Part shown: positions 26,387-35,066 of the stretch, in pieces | Numbering within the stretch: the stretch's first letter is position 1 | Layout: every line of letters begins with the position of its first letter | From: an archaeon | GTDB lineage: Archaea > Undinarchaeota > Undinarchaeia > Undinarchaeales > JBDRKL01 | DNA: 64,000 nt | Direction: 5' to 3' | NCBI GenBank assembly: GCA_043814055.1 | Contig: JBDRKL010000010.1 | Location: forward strand, 1-64,000 | The notes under the pieces: generated by a model | Database searches by the model: none | Seen by the model: the letters and a program-made list of their open reading frames with translations, nothing else | What the model was told of the DNA's origin: nothing | Made by a program: the position numbers and the translations under genes

Positions 26387-26516
26387 TTCAATGCCTCACC
26401 GCTTTCATCAGCTTTGAACACAATGAATCTCCAGCAATATTATTTTTTACAGTCTCTGGAGTTTCATTGTGAATGAACGCGAAGCTGCTTGACAAATTTA
26501 CTGCTTTGCGTCTCAT
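26387..26516 (-). repeat. Intergenic repeated element, copy A (contains 42-aa ORF MRRKAVNL..., 26516-26388)
   Basis: Shares ATGAGACGCAAAGCAG, AGCTTCGCGTT, TGTGTT, CAAAGCTGATGAAA and TTGAAATG with 34926-35065; contains hairpins. Confidence 0.75.
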
Positions 26517-27637
26517 TATAGCCACCCCTGGTGCTCTTTTCCATCACTTATCTTTTTCATCAAGCTGTTAATATCTCTCTTGCGCACGTCCTTGCCGCCG
26601 AGTCCGCCAACAAAGCTTGACATCGCGACATCAGAATCTTTCATCGCGTTCGCAACATCGGAGTAAACCGGAGGCAGCGCTCCCATGCTGTATGCTTTTT
26701 CAAACACCACAGCGCCTTTCTTGCCCTCGAGTGCCTTGGAGATTTCCTCGTATGGGAAAGGCCTGTATGAGCGTATCTTGAGTATGCCGTACTTGCTGTC
26801 TGATTCCTCTACTGCGTCGCGCGCGGTTCCGATTGTTGAGCCCATGCTTATGAAAATATAATCCGAGTCGTCCATATTGTAGCCCTGGATAAGCCCGTCC
26901 CCGTAGCCGCGGTCGAACTGCTTCTCAAACTTCGCAGCCTCTTTCTTGATGTTCTCTTTTGCCTTGAGCAAATCCTTGTGAACATCTTCTCTAAAGTTCT
27001 GGTAATCTGCAGGCATTGCGTAAGCGCCCATTGTCATTGGATTTTCAGTGTCAAGCTTGACATCCATCTTGAGCTTTGGCAGGTATTTCCGAACGTCCTC
27101 AACTTCTGGAATCTCCACTGGCTCAACAACGTGCGTGAGTATGAATCCATCCATGCAGACCATTGCCGGGAGCATAACCTGCTCTGAAACTTTGAAAGCC
27201 TGAACCGTGTTGTCAATAGCCTCCTGCGAGCTCTCAGAGTAAAGCTGAATCCAGCCTGAGTCGCGCTCTGCAATTGAGTCCTGCCAGTCGTTCCAGATGT
27301 TCAACGGCGCGCTCAGCGCGCGATTTCCGACCACCATTGTAATCGGAAGTCTCATTCCAGCTGCACAGTAAACTGGCTCGTGCATCAGCGCAAGCCCTTG
27401 TGAAGATGTTGCTGTGAAAGTCCTGCCGCCTGCGGCTGCAGCGCCTATGCAGGCGCTCATTGAGCTGAACTCCTGCTCAACCGCGATATAGCTCTTTATT
27501 CGGCCGTCTGCATGCAATTGAGCAAGATGCTCTGCAATGTGTGTGCTCGGCGTGATTGGATAGCACGCCACAACATCTGGCTCGCAATTTGCCACAACCT
27601 CTGCCACTGCCTCGGATGCCTCCATGGTAATTTTCAT
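26516..27637 (-). CDS. porA: Pyruvate/2-oxoacid:ferredoxin oxidoreductase alpha subunit
   Basis: YPITPST, TATSSQGLALMHE, NRALSAPLNIW and DGFILTH. Confidence 0.95.
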   Translation of the reverse strand: MKITMEASEAVAEVVANCEPDVVACYPITPSTHIAEHLAQLHADGRIKSYIAVEQEFSSMSACIGAAAAGGRTFTATSSQGLALMHEPVYCAAGMRLPITMVVGNRALSAPLNIWNDWQDSIAERDSGWIQLYSESSQEAIDNTVQAFKVSEQVMLPAMVCMDGFILTHVVEPVEIPEVEDVRKYLPKLKMDVKLDTENPMTMGAYAMPADYQNFREDVHKDLLKAKENIKKEAAKFEKQFDRGYGDGLIQGYNMDDSDYIFISMGSTIGTARDAVEESDSKYGILKIRSYRPFPYEEISKALEGKKGAVVFEKAYSMGALPPVYSDVANAMKDSDVAMSSFVGGLGGKDVRKRDINSLMKKISDGKEHQGWL

Positions 27638-28074
27638 TTGTCCCTCTGATTCGGGTATACTTCTTCCCTCTTTTTTATATTTCTAACCAGCTTTCCGTTT
27701 TTATCTATCAAGTGAGGATCTTCGTCTGTTTTGCCATTAGAATTAATATCTGGTAATGAGATTAAGAGATAAGTAATACCGCCAGTTCTCTTATGTAGGT
27801 ACCTCGCTTCCTCTTCTTTAACATCAAAGCTCATAAAAGCTGCAACAGAGTATTTTAATTTGCTTCTAGCTGATTGGGTTTCTTCCAATTTATCTAATCC
27901 GTCATCTTGCAAAATTTGTGGTGTGTAAGGTTGTGCCCTATATTTTTTTTCTGGTGTTGAACCCAGCAAGCGCTCCTCTTGTGGCGTAAGGTATTTCAAA
28001 TTTGGCCTCACATTTGGTTTTATTTTTCCTAAAAGTTGAATATAGTCACTATCAACAAAATCAAGCCTACTCAT
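27634..28074 (-). CDS. Orphan hypothetical protein inside the por operon
   Basis: ATG 28074 overlaps the porD stop and its own stop overlaps the porA ATG; visibly AT-richer than the flanks. Confidence 0.6.
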   Translation of the reverse strand: MSRLDFVDSDYIQLLGKIKPNVRPNLKYLTPQEERLLGSTPEKKYRAQPYTPQILQDDGLDKLEETQSARSKLKYSVAAFMSFDVKEEEARYLHKRTGGITYLLISLPDINSNGKTDEDPHLIDKNGKLVRNIKKREEVYPNQRDK

Positions 28075-28349
28075 TTCTCTTCCTCCTCCATTTTGATGCA
28101 CTTCTTCGGGCATTCGTTCGCGCATATGCCGCAGCCCTTGCAGTAATCATAATTTATCTTTGGGAAAGTGCGCTCAGCTGGCTTTTTCTCCTGCTCAGAG
28201 CCACTGATGCAATCCTCAGGGCAGTACAAGTGGCAGATTCCGCACTTGATGCACTCTGGTTCGTTCACCACAGGCCTGTGGGTCCTCCAACTGCCAGTCT
28301 GGTTCTCTATGCTGGTTCCTGGTTTTGAGTTTGGTGCGTTTACGCTCAT
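28071..28349 (-). CDS. porD: Oxidoreductase delta subunit (2x[4Fe-4S])
   Basis: TGSWRTHRP, CIKCGICHLYCP and YCKGCGICANECP. Confidence 0.95.
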   Translation of the reverse strand: MSVNAPNSKPGTSIENQTGSWRTHRPVVNEPECIKCGICHLYCPEDCISGSEQEKKPAERTFPKINYDYCKGCGICANECPKKCIKMEEEEK

Positions 28350-28879
28350 TTTATTGAATTATAACACGCCTCTATTGCTGCCACGTTCTTCTTGCCGATT
28401 TCGCCTGGGAAGTGGTGCTCTATCGCGCGCTTCAGCGCGTCAAGCGGCACGAGTCCTGTAACTTTTGAAAATGCGCCGAGCAAAGCGGTGTTCACAATCG
28501 GCCTGCCAATGTGCTTCATTGCGATTGCGGTCGCGTCCACGTTGTGCACGTTCTTCGCCTTCAGGCAGAGTTCAGTGTTGTCTTTTGAGCTGTTGATTAT
28601 AACAATTTCATCGCCTTTTAACCCATTGCACACGTCCACGTCCTTGATGAGCGTCGGATCCATAACAACAACTATGTCCGGCTCGTACACGTTCTCGTGC
28701 ACGCGGATTGGCTTGTCGTCTATGCGGCAGAATGCCTGCACAGGGGCTCCGGTGCGCTCCACACCGAAGAATGGGAAAGCCTGAGACATTGCGCCGCCTT
28801 CTGCTGCTGCGATTGCGAGAAGCTCGGCTGCGGTAACAGCACCCTGGCCTCCTCTTCCATGAAAACGTATTTCCTTCAT
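28346..28879 (-). CDS. porG: Oxidoreductase gamma subunit
   Basis: EIRFHGRGGQGAVT and FGVERTGAPV. Confidence 0.95.
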   Translation of the reverse strand: MKEIRFHGRGGQGAVTAAELLAIAAAEGGAMSQAFPFFGVERTGAPVQAFCRIDDKPIRVHENVYEPDIVVVMDPTLIKDVDVCNGLKGDEIVIINSSKDNTELCLKAKNVHNVDATAIAMKHIGRPIVNTALLGAFSKVTGLVPLDALKRAIEHHFPGEIGKKNVAAIEACYNSIK

Positions 28880-28918
28880 TGCAGTTGTTTAATCCTGTGT
28901 TCTATTTAAGTTTTGAGT

Positions 28919-28944
28919 TGGCGCCGGAGTCAGGATTCTCCGGC
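28919..28944 (-). ncRNA. tRNA-Ser acceptor-stem microhelix; 19-bp duplication of the tRNA 3' end
   Basis: GCCGGAG-AAUCCUGA-CUCCGGC-GCCA; 28919-28937 is identical to 29028-29046. Confidence 0.55.
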
Positions 28945-29027
28945 GAACTCCGGAGGAGAGTTAGGCGGCATTCAGCCTTCGGCTGAAGCCACCTTGCCGA
29001 GCTATTTGGTTTCCTTCTGTTAAGTTT

Positions 29028-29169
29028 TGGCGCCGGAGTCAGGATTTGAACCTGAAAGGGCCGAAGCCCATCCGCTTTCTAACTTTAAGAAGTTCGATTA
29101 TAGTTTTTCACTATTGCTCACTTCTCAAAGTTTCGAGGCGGACGCGTTACCGGGTTCTGCCACTCCGGC
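29028..29169 (-). tRNA. tRNA-Ser(CGA) with ~55-nt intron at 37/38 (29131-29077)
   Basis: Acceptor GCCGGAG/CUCCGGC, G73 and encoded CCA. Anticodon arm UCCGC-CUCGAA^A-GCGGA, long variable arm GGGC-UUCG-GCCC, T loop UUCAAAU. Relaxed BHB with intron helix CUUUGAGAAG/CUUCUUAAAG. Confidence 0.92.
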
Positions 29170-29173
29170 TATT

Positions 29174-30595
29174 TTATCCTCTCGGTATCGGTATGAATGA
29201 TATCATGTACAGGCGATCCATCTCATGCGTGAGGTGCTGTTCATTGAGCATTTTCATGAAAGCTGAGCCGCCTGTGAATGCAAGTATCAGGTCAAACTCC
29301 TTACTTTTTATTATCTTCTTTACCTGCTCTGCAGTGTTCTCACCTGGCCAGAGCAGCTGGTTGACCGCATCGCCGTGCATGTAAAATATGGTCTTTCTAG
29401 TTAATTGTGCTTTACTTGTGTCCACGGCGTAGTAGAGTTTTGCCCGCATTCTCCTGAGTATTCCCTCTTCCCGGCTCACTGCGTGGCCTGGTGCTATCTT
29501 TGGCAGTTTCCTTAGCTTTTCAGTTGCAGCATAGGTCTGGTCCAGAATGTCCCTGCCAGTCATAACCCTGCCCTTAATTCCTTCCACAGTTATTTCTTCG
29601 CCTGTGCTGTTAAGCATTTCTGAAAAAGGCGAGTCCTTTGACACCACGTACCAAATCATTGGATAATCCGCTCCGCAGTATTTGATAAGCTGTGGTATCA
29701 TCTGAATATCAGTGTCTATCTGGCTTTCCTGCTTGTAGGTCTTGATTTCAATTGCTGCAGCTAACTTCCTGTCCGGCGCTGACATATATAGGTCTGGGAA
29801 AAGGAATGTTGAGCCATTGCTGTCCTTTAGCTGTTCGCCCTCGTGAAGCATAATGTCCGGATTTACTGATTTCATGTATTTCCGAAGTATCTGCTTGTGA
29901 ATTGCTTCGTTCTGGAGTGCTATGCCATTCTGGTAAATACCAAGCTCTAAGGTGGTCGCGTCGCCCAGGGCAGCCACGAGCATGTCATCAAACGTGACTT
30001 TAGTTCCTGTCTTCCGCCTCTTCATGCTTGTTGTCGGGTAGCCGAAAAAATTCTTTACAAAAGTCGGTTCCATTGTGAAGCCGTGAAGGCTCGCGAAGCG
30101 CAGGTAGTTTATGACCGCTGCGTGAGAATACTTCTCAAAGCTATCCAAGCCGGCCATTTTAAGCCTGCTGTGCGGGGTGTGCTTGTCTATCTGTCGCGCA
30201 GAAGTGAAATATAGCTCATCTCTTTTATACACCTGCAGTGCATCCTCAAACTCTGCAGAATTATTCTCAAATATTTTTTTAGTCTGTTTGCTTAGGTACT
30301 GGAGGCTGTATTCTTTAAACCATTCTAGATTGTAATACTTCTTGTCTTCTTTTATAAAATTCTCCACGCAAAGCATTCTGGGGCAGCAGCGTATAACATT
30401 TTTGCCATGTTTTAACAGGGTTTTTTCAATCTCCTGGGCTGCCTTTCTTTTCTTTCCGCGGAGCGGCTTACCGTCATAAGGGATTCCAAGAAGCTCTCGC
30501 GCGGTCATAGCATTGTGCTGTAGCTGCTCATAAATTGGATTGGTGAGGTCGCTCAAATCACCAAGGTCTTCAATCTTTATTACAGGCTCTTCCAT
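29174..30595 (-). CDS. Hypothetical protein with possible PD-(D/E)xK nuclease-like motif
   Basis: FPDLYMS...AAAIEIKT in a 473-aa ORF. Confidence 0.6.
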   Translation of the reverse strand: MEEPVIKIEDLGDLSDLTNPIYEQLQHNAMTARELLGIPYDGKPLRGKKRKAAQEIEKTLLKHGKNVIRCCPRMLCVENFIKEDKKYYNLEWFKEYSLQYLSKQTKKIFENNSAEFEDALQVYKRDELYFTSARQIDKHTPHSRLKMAGLDSFEKYSHAAVINYLRFASLHGFTMEPTFVKNFFGYPTTSMKRRKTGTKVTFDDMLVAALGDATTLELGIYQNGIALQNEAIHKQILRKYMKSVNPDIMLHEGEQLKDSNGSTFLFPDLYMSAPDRKLAAAIEIKTYKQESQIDTDIQMIPQLIKYCGADYPMIWYVVSKDSPFSEMLNSTGEEITVEGIKGRVMTGRDILDQTYAATEKLRKLPKIAPGHAVSREEGILRRMRAKLYYAVDTSKAQLTRKTIFYMHGDAVNQLLWPGENTAEQVKKIIKSKEFDLILAFTGGSAFMKMLNEQHLTHEMDRLYMISFIPIPRG

Positions 30596-30668
30596 AAATT
30601 TTCTATTGTTCTGTGGAGTAATAAACTCTTTGGAAACCCTTATATTCCTCCCTGCTATATCCTATATT

Positions 30669-31568
30669 ATGGATATCACTTTCCTTGGAACAACCGCAGG
30701 CAAGCCCACAAAGGACAGGGCGCACTCAGCCATAGCGCTCAAGCACAAGGGGGAAGTCCTGTTGTTTGACTGTGGGGAGAACACGCAAAGGCAGCTGATG
30801 TTCGCAGGGATTTCTCCAATGAAGATAAACAAGGTATTCATTAACCACTGGCACGCGGACCATTTCGCAGGGCTCATTGGTTTTCTGCAGACAATGTCGC
30901 TCCAGGAGCGAACTGCAGAGCTTCACATTTACGGACCAAAGGGCACAAAGAAATTTGTCGGGATGATTGAGAAGCTCGGTTACTCGCGGGTGAATTATCC
31001 AATACGAGTAAAGGATATCTCTGGCGCGGAAATTGTGGCTGTTGAGCCAGGCTACACAGTATATTCATGCCCAACTGTCCACAGCGTTCCAACAATCGCC
31101 TACAAATTTGAGGAGAATGAGACAGCAGGTCATCTGAATGTTGAAAAAGCTAAAGCGCTCGGTGTGAATGAACTGCAGTTCAGGGAGCTGAAGAAAGGCA
31201 AGGCAGTTAAAACACAAAGCGGCAAGGTAAAGCCTGACCAAGTGCTTGGGCCAGAACAGACTGGAAAAAGCATAGTTTACTCAGGTGACACCGCGCCCTG
31301 CGACGGCTTGATTGAGTTCTCAAAGAACGCGGATTTGCTTATTCACGAGGCGACCTACACAGACGAGCTCAAGGACAAGGCTGAGAATAGGGAGCACAGC
31401 ACAGCGCGACAGGCTGCGGAGATTGCGAAGAAAGCGAATGTCAAGCGATTAATTCTCACCCACATCAGTGGCAGGTACAAGGAAACCACACAGCTCTTGA
31501 AAGAGGCGAGGGGCGTTTTCGAGAACACTGAGGTCGCTGAGGACTTGATGAAGATTGAGTTAAAGTAA
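30669..31568 (+). CDS. rnz: Ribonuclease Z
   Basis: MDITFLGT, LFDCGE, HWHADH, YSGDT, HEAT, HST and LTHIS.RY. Start reassigned to ATG 30669. Confidence 0.95.
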   Translation: MDITFLGTTAGKPTKDRAHSAIALKHKGEVLLFDCGENTQRQLMFAGISPMKINKVFINHWHADHFAGLIGFLQTMSLQERTAELHIYGPKGTKKFVGMIEKLGYSRVNYPIRVKDISGAEIVAVEPGYTVYSCPTVHSVPTIAYKFEENETAGHLNVEKAKALGVNELQFRELKKGKAVKTQSGKVKPDQVLGPEQTGKSIVYSGDTAPCDGLIEFSKNADLLIHEATYTDELKDKAENREHSTARQAAEIAKKANVKRLILTHISGRYKETTQLLKEARGVFENTEVAEDLMKIELK

Positions 31569-31569
31569 C

Positions 31570-31580
31570 GGTTTTTTTTC
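31570..31580 (+). terminator. Oligo-T terminator after rnz
   Basis: GGTTTTTTTTC immediately after the stop. Confidence 0.5.
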
Positions 31581-31633
31581 CTGTGTTTTCCCTTTTGTGA
31601 ACTGTTTTATACTTGTTTGTGCATTGTTTGTGT

Positions 31634-32755
31634 ATGGAGAAGAGGCCTGTTGTTGAGCCGGGTGAGCTGATTAGGGCGCCGGCGCTGACCGAGGACGAGT
31701 TGCTTTCTTTTAGGGAGACTTGGGAACGCCGAGAGAGGAAGCCGAAGGTGAAGGGCATTGAGCGCTACAAGACTATAGAAGGAATGCTCGGTCTGAAGAA
31801 ATCTTACATCAAGGTAATGCTGCAGATGCTCGAGGGGGACTTCCCGGACATAAGAAGCATGGAGCCTGAGAAAAAAGCAAAGGCACTGCTGAATTTCTTA
31901 AAGCCGACTGAAATCATAAAAGGCGAGCTGACCGAAGAAAAATGGCAAGAATATGCGAAACAGCACGGCACTTGGATACTCAAAAAGCCCGTGGGCCACC
32001 TTGACAACCACCCCACACTCCTCGCGCTGCTCAGGACCGGCTGGGGCAACTGCATGGCACGCGCCCTATTCTTTAGGGTGCTCGCGCGGCACATAGGCCT
32101 TGACGACAAGACGCAAGGCACCAGATGCAGGGTTGCACTGATGCCAGAACACGCAGTAGTTTTCCTAACCATAAATGAGAAGAAAGTCCTCGCAGACCCG
32201 ACGCACGGCGTGCTTGGCAAAGAGCCAGCCCATATGTATTACCCCCTGAAAGAGATGTACGACGAGGCCTTTGAAGTTGAGGATGTTTACGCGGTTTATT
32301 GGCTGAAGGCGAGCCTTGCAGAAAAGCCAAAGATTGGCGTGAAGTACTACACCCTGTTCCACAAAAAATATCCAGACTATGCCGAGTGCCTGAACAACAG
32401 AGGCATCCTGTACAAGACTATAGGTGAGCTTGGCAAAGCACTCAACGACTACAACAAAGCCCTCCAATTAAAACCAAACGATGCCGAGTGCCTGAACAAC
32501 AGAGGCAACCTGTACAAGACTATAGGTGAGCTTGGCAAAGCACTCAACGACTACAACAAATCCCTCCAATTAAAACCAGACTATGCCGAGTGCCTGAACA
32601 ACAGAGGCATCCTGTACAAGACTATAGGTGAGCTTGGCAAAGCACTTGCTGACTTGAAAAAGGCATTAGCCCTTTTCAAGGCGCGCGGGCAAGAGCAATA
32701 TGCAGAAATCGCTGAACTAAACATTATGGGTGTAAAATCTAAAATGAAACAATGA
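31634..32755 (+). CDS. Transglutaminase-like domain plus TPR repeats
   Basis: GWGNCMARA...PEHAVV...LADPT is a Cys-His-Asp triad; three TPRs (AECLNNRG.LYKTIGELGKAL). Confidence 0.78.
   Translation: MEKRPVVEPGELIRAPALTEDELLSFRETWERRERKPKVKGIERYKTIEGMLGLKKSYIKVMLQMLEGDFPDIRSMEPEKKAKALLNFLKPTEIIKGELTEEKWQEYAKQHGTWILKKPVGHLDNHPTLLALLRTGWGNCMARALFFRVLARHIGLDDKTQGTRCRVALMPEHAVVFLTINEKKVLADPTHGVLGKEPAHMYYPLKEMYDEAFEVEDVYAVYWLKASLAEKPKIGVKYYTLFHKKYPDYAECLNNRGILYKTIGELGKALNDYNKALQLKPNDAECLNNRGNLYKTIGELGKALNDYNKSLQLKPDYAECLNNRGILYKTIGELGKALADLKKALALFKARGQEQYAEIAELNIMGVKSKMKQ
32372..32646 (+). repeat. 102-bp tandem repeat (~2.7 copies) encoding TPRs
   Basis: Near-identical units start at 32372, 32474 and 32576. 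Confidence 0.9.
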
Positions 32756-33657
32756 ATTCTGAACTAAAAGACCTTTTAACTTCTCAACAATACCGCGTTG
32801 TTGGCAACCACGCGGCTGTTAAAATTTGTCACTGGACAAAGGAGTCCCTGCGGAACAAAGGCTTTTGCTATAAACAGCAATTCTACGGAGTTGACTCGCA
32901 CCGATGCCTGCAGATGACTCCTTGTGCGGACGTGTGCAACCAGCGTTGTGTTTACTGCTGGCGACCTATGGAGGGTTCGCTGAATTCTTTTCCAACTGCA
33001 GAAATTGACGAGCCTGATGAAATGATTGACAGGCTAATTGAACAGCAGCGCGCTCTTATTATGGGTTTCAAAGGTCATAGTGAAATCGATATGAAAAAAT
33101 TTGAGGAAGCGCTCGAGCCAAAGCACGCTGCAATCTCGCTCTCGGGTGAGCCAACCTTATATCCAAAGCTCGGCGGGCTCATTGAGTCTTTCCACAAGCG
33201 AGGATTGACAACTTTTCTGGTTACTAATGGCACTCGGCCCGATGTGCTTGAATCCATCCCGGAGCCAACCCAGCTCTACATTTCGCTTGACGCGCCAAAT
33301 GAAGAAATGTACAAGAAAATCGATAATCCTCAAATTTCAGAAGGCTGGAAAGCAATACAGAAATCCCTTGAAATGCTCAAATCTTTCTCTTGCAGGACTG
33401 TAATTAGGCTCACATTAATGAGGCGGAATATGGTGCAGGCTTCTGATTTTGGCAAGCTCTTGGATGCTGTGGATCCGACTTGTATCGAAGCCAAGGCGTA
33501 TATGCACGTTGGCGCATCACAGGATCGCCTGCCTCACTCTGAAATGCCGCTCCACAGCGAAATAAAAGCCTTTTCAGAAGAGCTAAAAAACAATACAGGA
33601 TTTAAGATTTTGGATGAGAAACCAGAATCTAGAGTGGTATTGCTAGGGAAGCGCTGA
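32752..33657 (+). CDS. tyw1: 4-demethylwyosine synthase (radical SAM)
   Basis: HAAVKICHWTK, CYKQQFYG..SHRCLQMTP, CNQRCVYCWR and AISLSGEPTLY. Confidence 0.95.
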   Translation: MNSELKDLLTSQQYRVVGNHAAVKICHWTKESLRNKGFCYKQQFYGVDSHRCLQMTPCADVCNQRCVYCWRPMEGSLNSFPTAEIDEPDEMIDRLIEQQRALIMGFKGHSEIDMKKFEEALEPKHAAISLSGEPTLYPKLGGLIESFHKRGLTTFLVTNGTRPDVLESIPEPTQLYISLDAPNEEMYKKIDNPQISEGWKAIQKSLEMLKSFSCRTVIRLTLMRRNMVQASDFGKLLDAVDPTCIEAKAYMHVGASQDRLPHSEMPLHSEIKAFSEELKNNTGFKILDEKPESRVVLLGKR

Positions 33658-33759
33658 ACCTCGTATTGTTTTTTTTGTCACTGCCGGAGCGTAACAACTT
33701 ATTTAAACCCTTATCCTAACTTAATGCAGAAAACAATACAAAATTGAGGTGGTTTAAGA

Positions 33760-34929
33760 ATGCAGGAAAATCCTTTTTCAGATTCAGTGCCAACGCACTT
33801 TGCCATAGCGGCAACTGTCTACACAAAGCCGCTCACCGAGCTTTCAGACACGACTAAATCAAACAAGTCCAAGCTCATACTTGTTACAGGCGGATACGGC
33901 AACGGCAAATCCCACGCGCTTGAGCGGCTCAAGAACGACTTGAACATTAACGAGAAGAAAAAGCTCGCAATATACTGCTCAGCTTTCGCGACCAAGAGTT
34001 TGCAGACAATTTACGAGCAGGTATGCTCTGAGCTTTCAAGCGGAAAGCTGAATAAGTTCGCTTACACCACGGACGGACGCGCGTTTATGACTAACAAGGG
34101 CATTCCATCCAAGATTATAGACATATTCTACAACAAGGAGGCAATCCGACCTGCCGAGGATATCAAGGCAAACTTCACCTACGGCAAGATTGTCGCGTCA
34201 TCCTCTGATGTTATTCATTTTTTCTGCGCTCTCTCTTTGCTCGTGGACCAGTTCGTGCTGCTCATGGACGACATAGAGGAAGCGACTACGATGGAGCAGA
34301 ACGAGCGCAAGATGTTCTTCGGGCACATCCGCGCCCTCTACGACGAGGCAGTTAGAAAGGAACTGAGCATGATAGTTGTGATGACACTCACGCTTGACAA
34401 GCTTGAGCTGCTCAAGAATGACCGAATGGACCTCTACGAGCGAATGGACAAGGTAATTAAGTTTGACAAGCTCTCCCCTAAGGAATTTGAAAATATTATT
34501 GAGAAGCGGCTTGAGATAAGCGCGCTTGATGACATCAAGGTTGACAAAAGCGTAATAAAACAAATTTGGGGCTATTCTGACAACATCCGCGGAATGCTGA
34601 ACATACTCCGCGACCTTCTTGAAGAGGTCTACAACAAGGGTGAGAAGAAAATCACTACAGTTGTGCTTCCTGAAAAAACCGTGTCTCAGCTCATAGAGTC
34701 ACAGAAGATACGGGACAGCTACAAGCCTGCTGATGATTTAATCCTCAACATTCTTGAATCTGAGGATGGCCTCTCTGCAGAGGCAATCATAGAGCGCTCA
34801 AAGAAGAGCGGCTCCTGGATACGGCACCGCCTCGCAGATTTGGTTAATGATGGCGTGCTGCTCAAGGAGCAGGTCGCTAGGAACAGACCTGCAAAATACA
34901 TACTAAGCAAGGTGGAGAAGAAACAATGA
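33760..34929 (+). CDS. AAA+/P-loop ATPase with C-terminal winged-helix
   Basis: Walker A GGYGNGKS, Walker B LLMDDIEE, sensor-like NIRGML and HTH GLSAEAI...IRHRLADLVNDG. Confidence 0.8.
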   Translation: MQENPFSDSVPTHFAIAATVYTKPLTELSDTTKSNKSKLILVTGGYGNGKSHALERLKNDLNINEKKKLAIYCSAFATKSLQTIYEQVCSELSSGKLNKFAYTTDGRAFMTNKGIPSKIIDIFYNKEAIRPAEDIKANFTYGKIVASSSDVIHFFCALSLLVDQFVLLMDDIEEATTMEQNERKMFFGHIRALYDEAVRKELSMIVVMTLTLDKLELLKNDRMDLYERMDKVIKFDKLSPKEFENIIEKRLEISALDDIKVDKSVIKQIWGYSDNIRGMLNILRDLLEEVYNKGEKKITTVVLPEKTVSQLIESQKIRDSYKPADDLILNILESEDGLSAEAIIERSKKSGSWIRHRLADLVNDGVLLKEQVARNRPAKYILSKVEKKQ

Positions 34930-35066
34930 GACGCAAAGCAGAGCTTCGCGTTAATTCCAAAGCTGATGAAATAGGAGAAACTTTGAAATCATACACAAAA
35001 TCCCTAGAAATTGATGAGCTTTGTGTTGATTCCAAAGCTGATGAAATAGGAGAAACTTTGAAATGA
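34926..35066 (+). repeat. Intergenic repeated element, copy B (46-aa ORF MRRKAELR...; internal 36-bp direct repeat)
   Basis: ATTCCAAAGCTGATGAAATAGGAGAAACTTTGAAAT occurs at 34954-34989 and 35029-35064; homologous to 26387-26516. Confidence 0.8.

Noticed and set aside
28919-29046. attL/attR of an integrated element
   Set aside because: The copies start only 109 bp apart with no integrase; at most this is a scar.
34954-35064. Two 36-bp repeats with a 39-bp spacer as a CRISPR array
   Set aside because: There are only two repeats, similarity extends into the spacer and upstream flank (gagcttcgcgtta vs gagctttgtgttg), no cas genes or leader are in the window, and the unit belongs to a dispersed element.
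34954-35064. CUGAUGA...GAAA as a hammerhead ribozyme core (also in 26387-26420)
   Set aside because: I could not place an NUH cleavage triplet with stems I and III. The flanks pair with each other instead, and stem II is weak.
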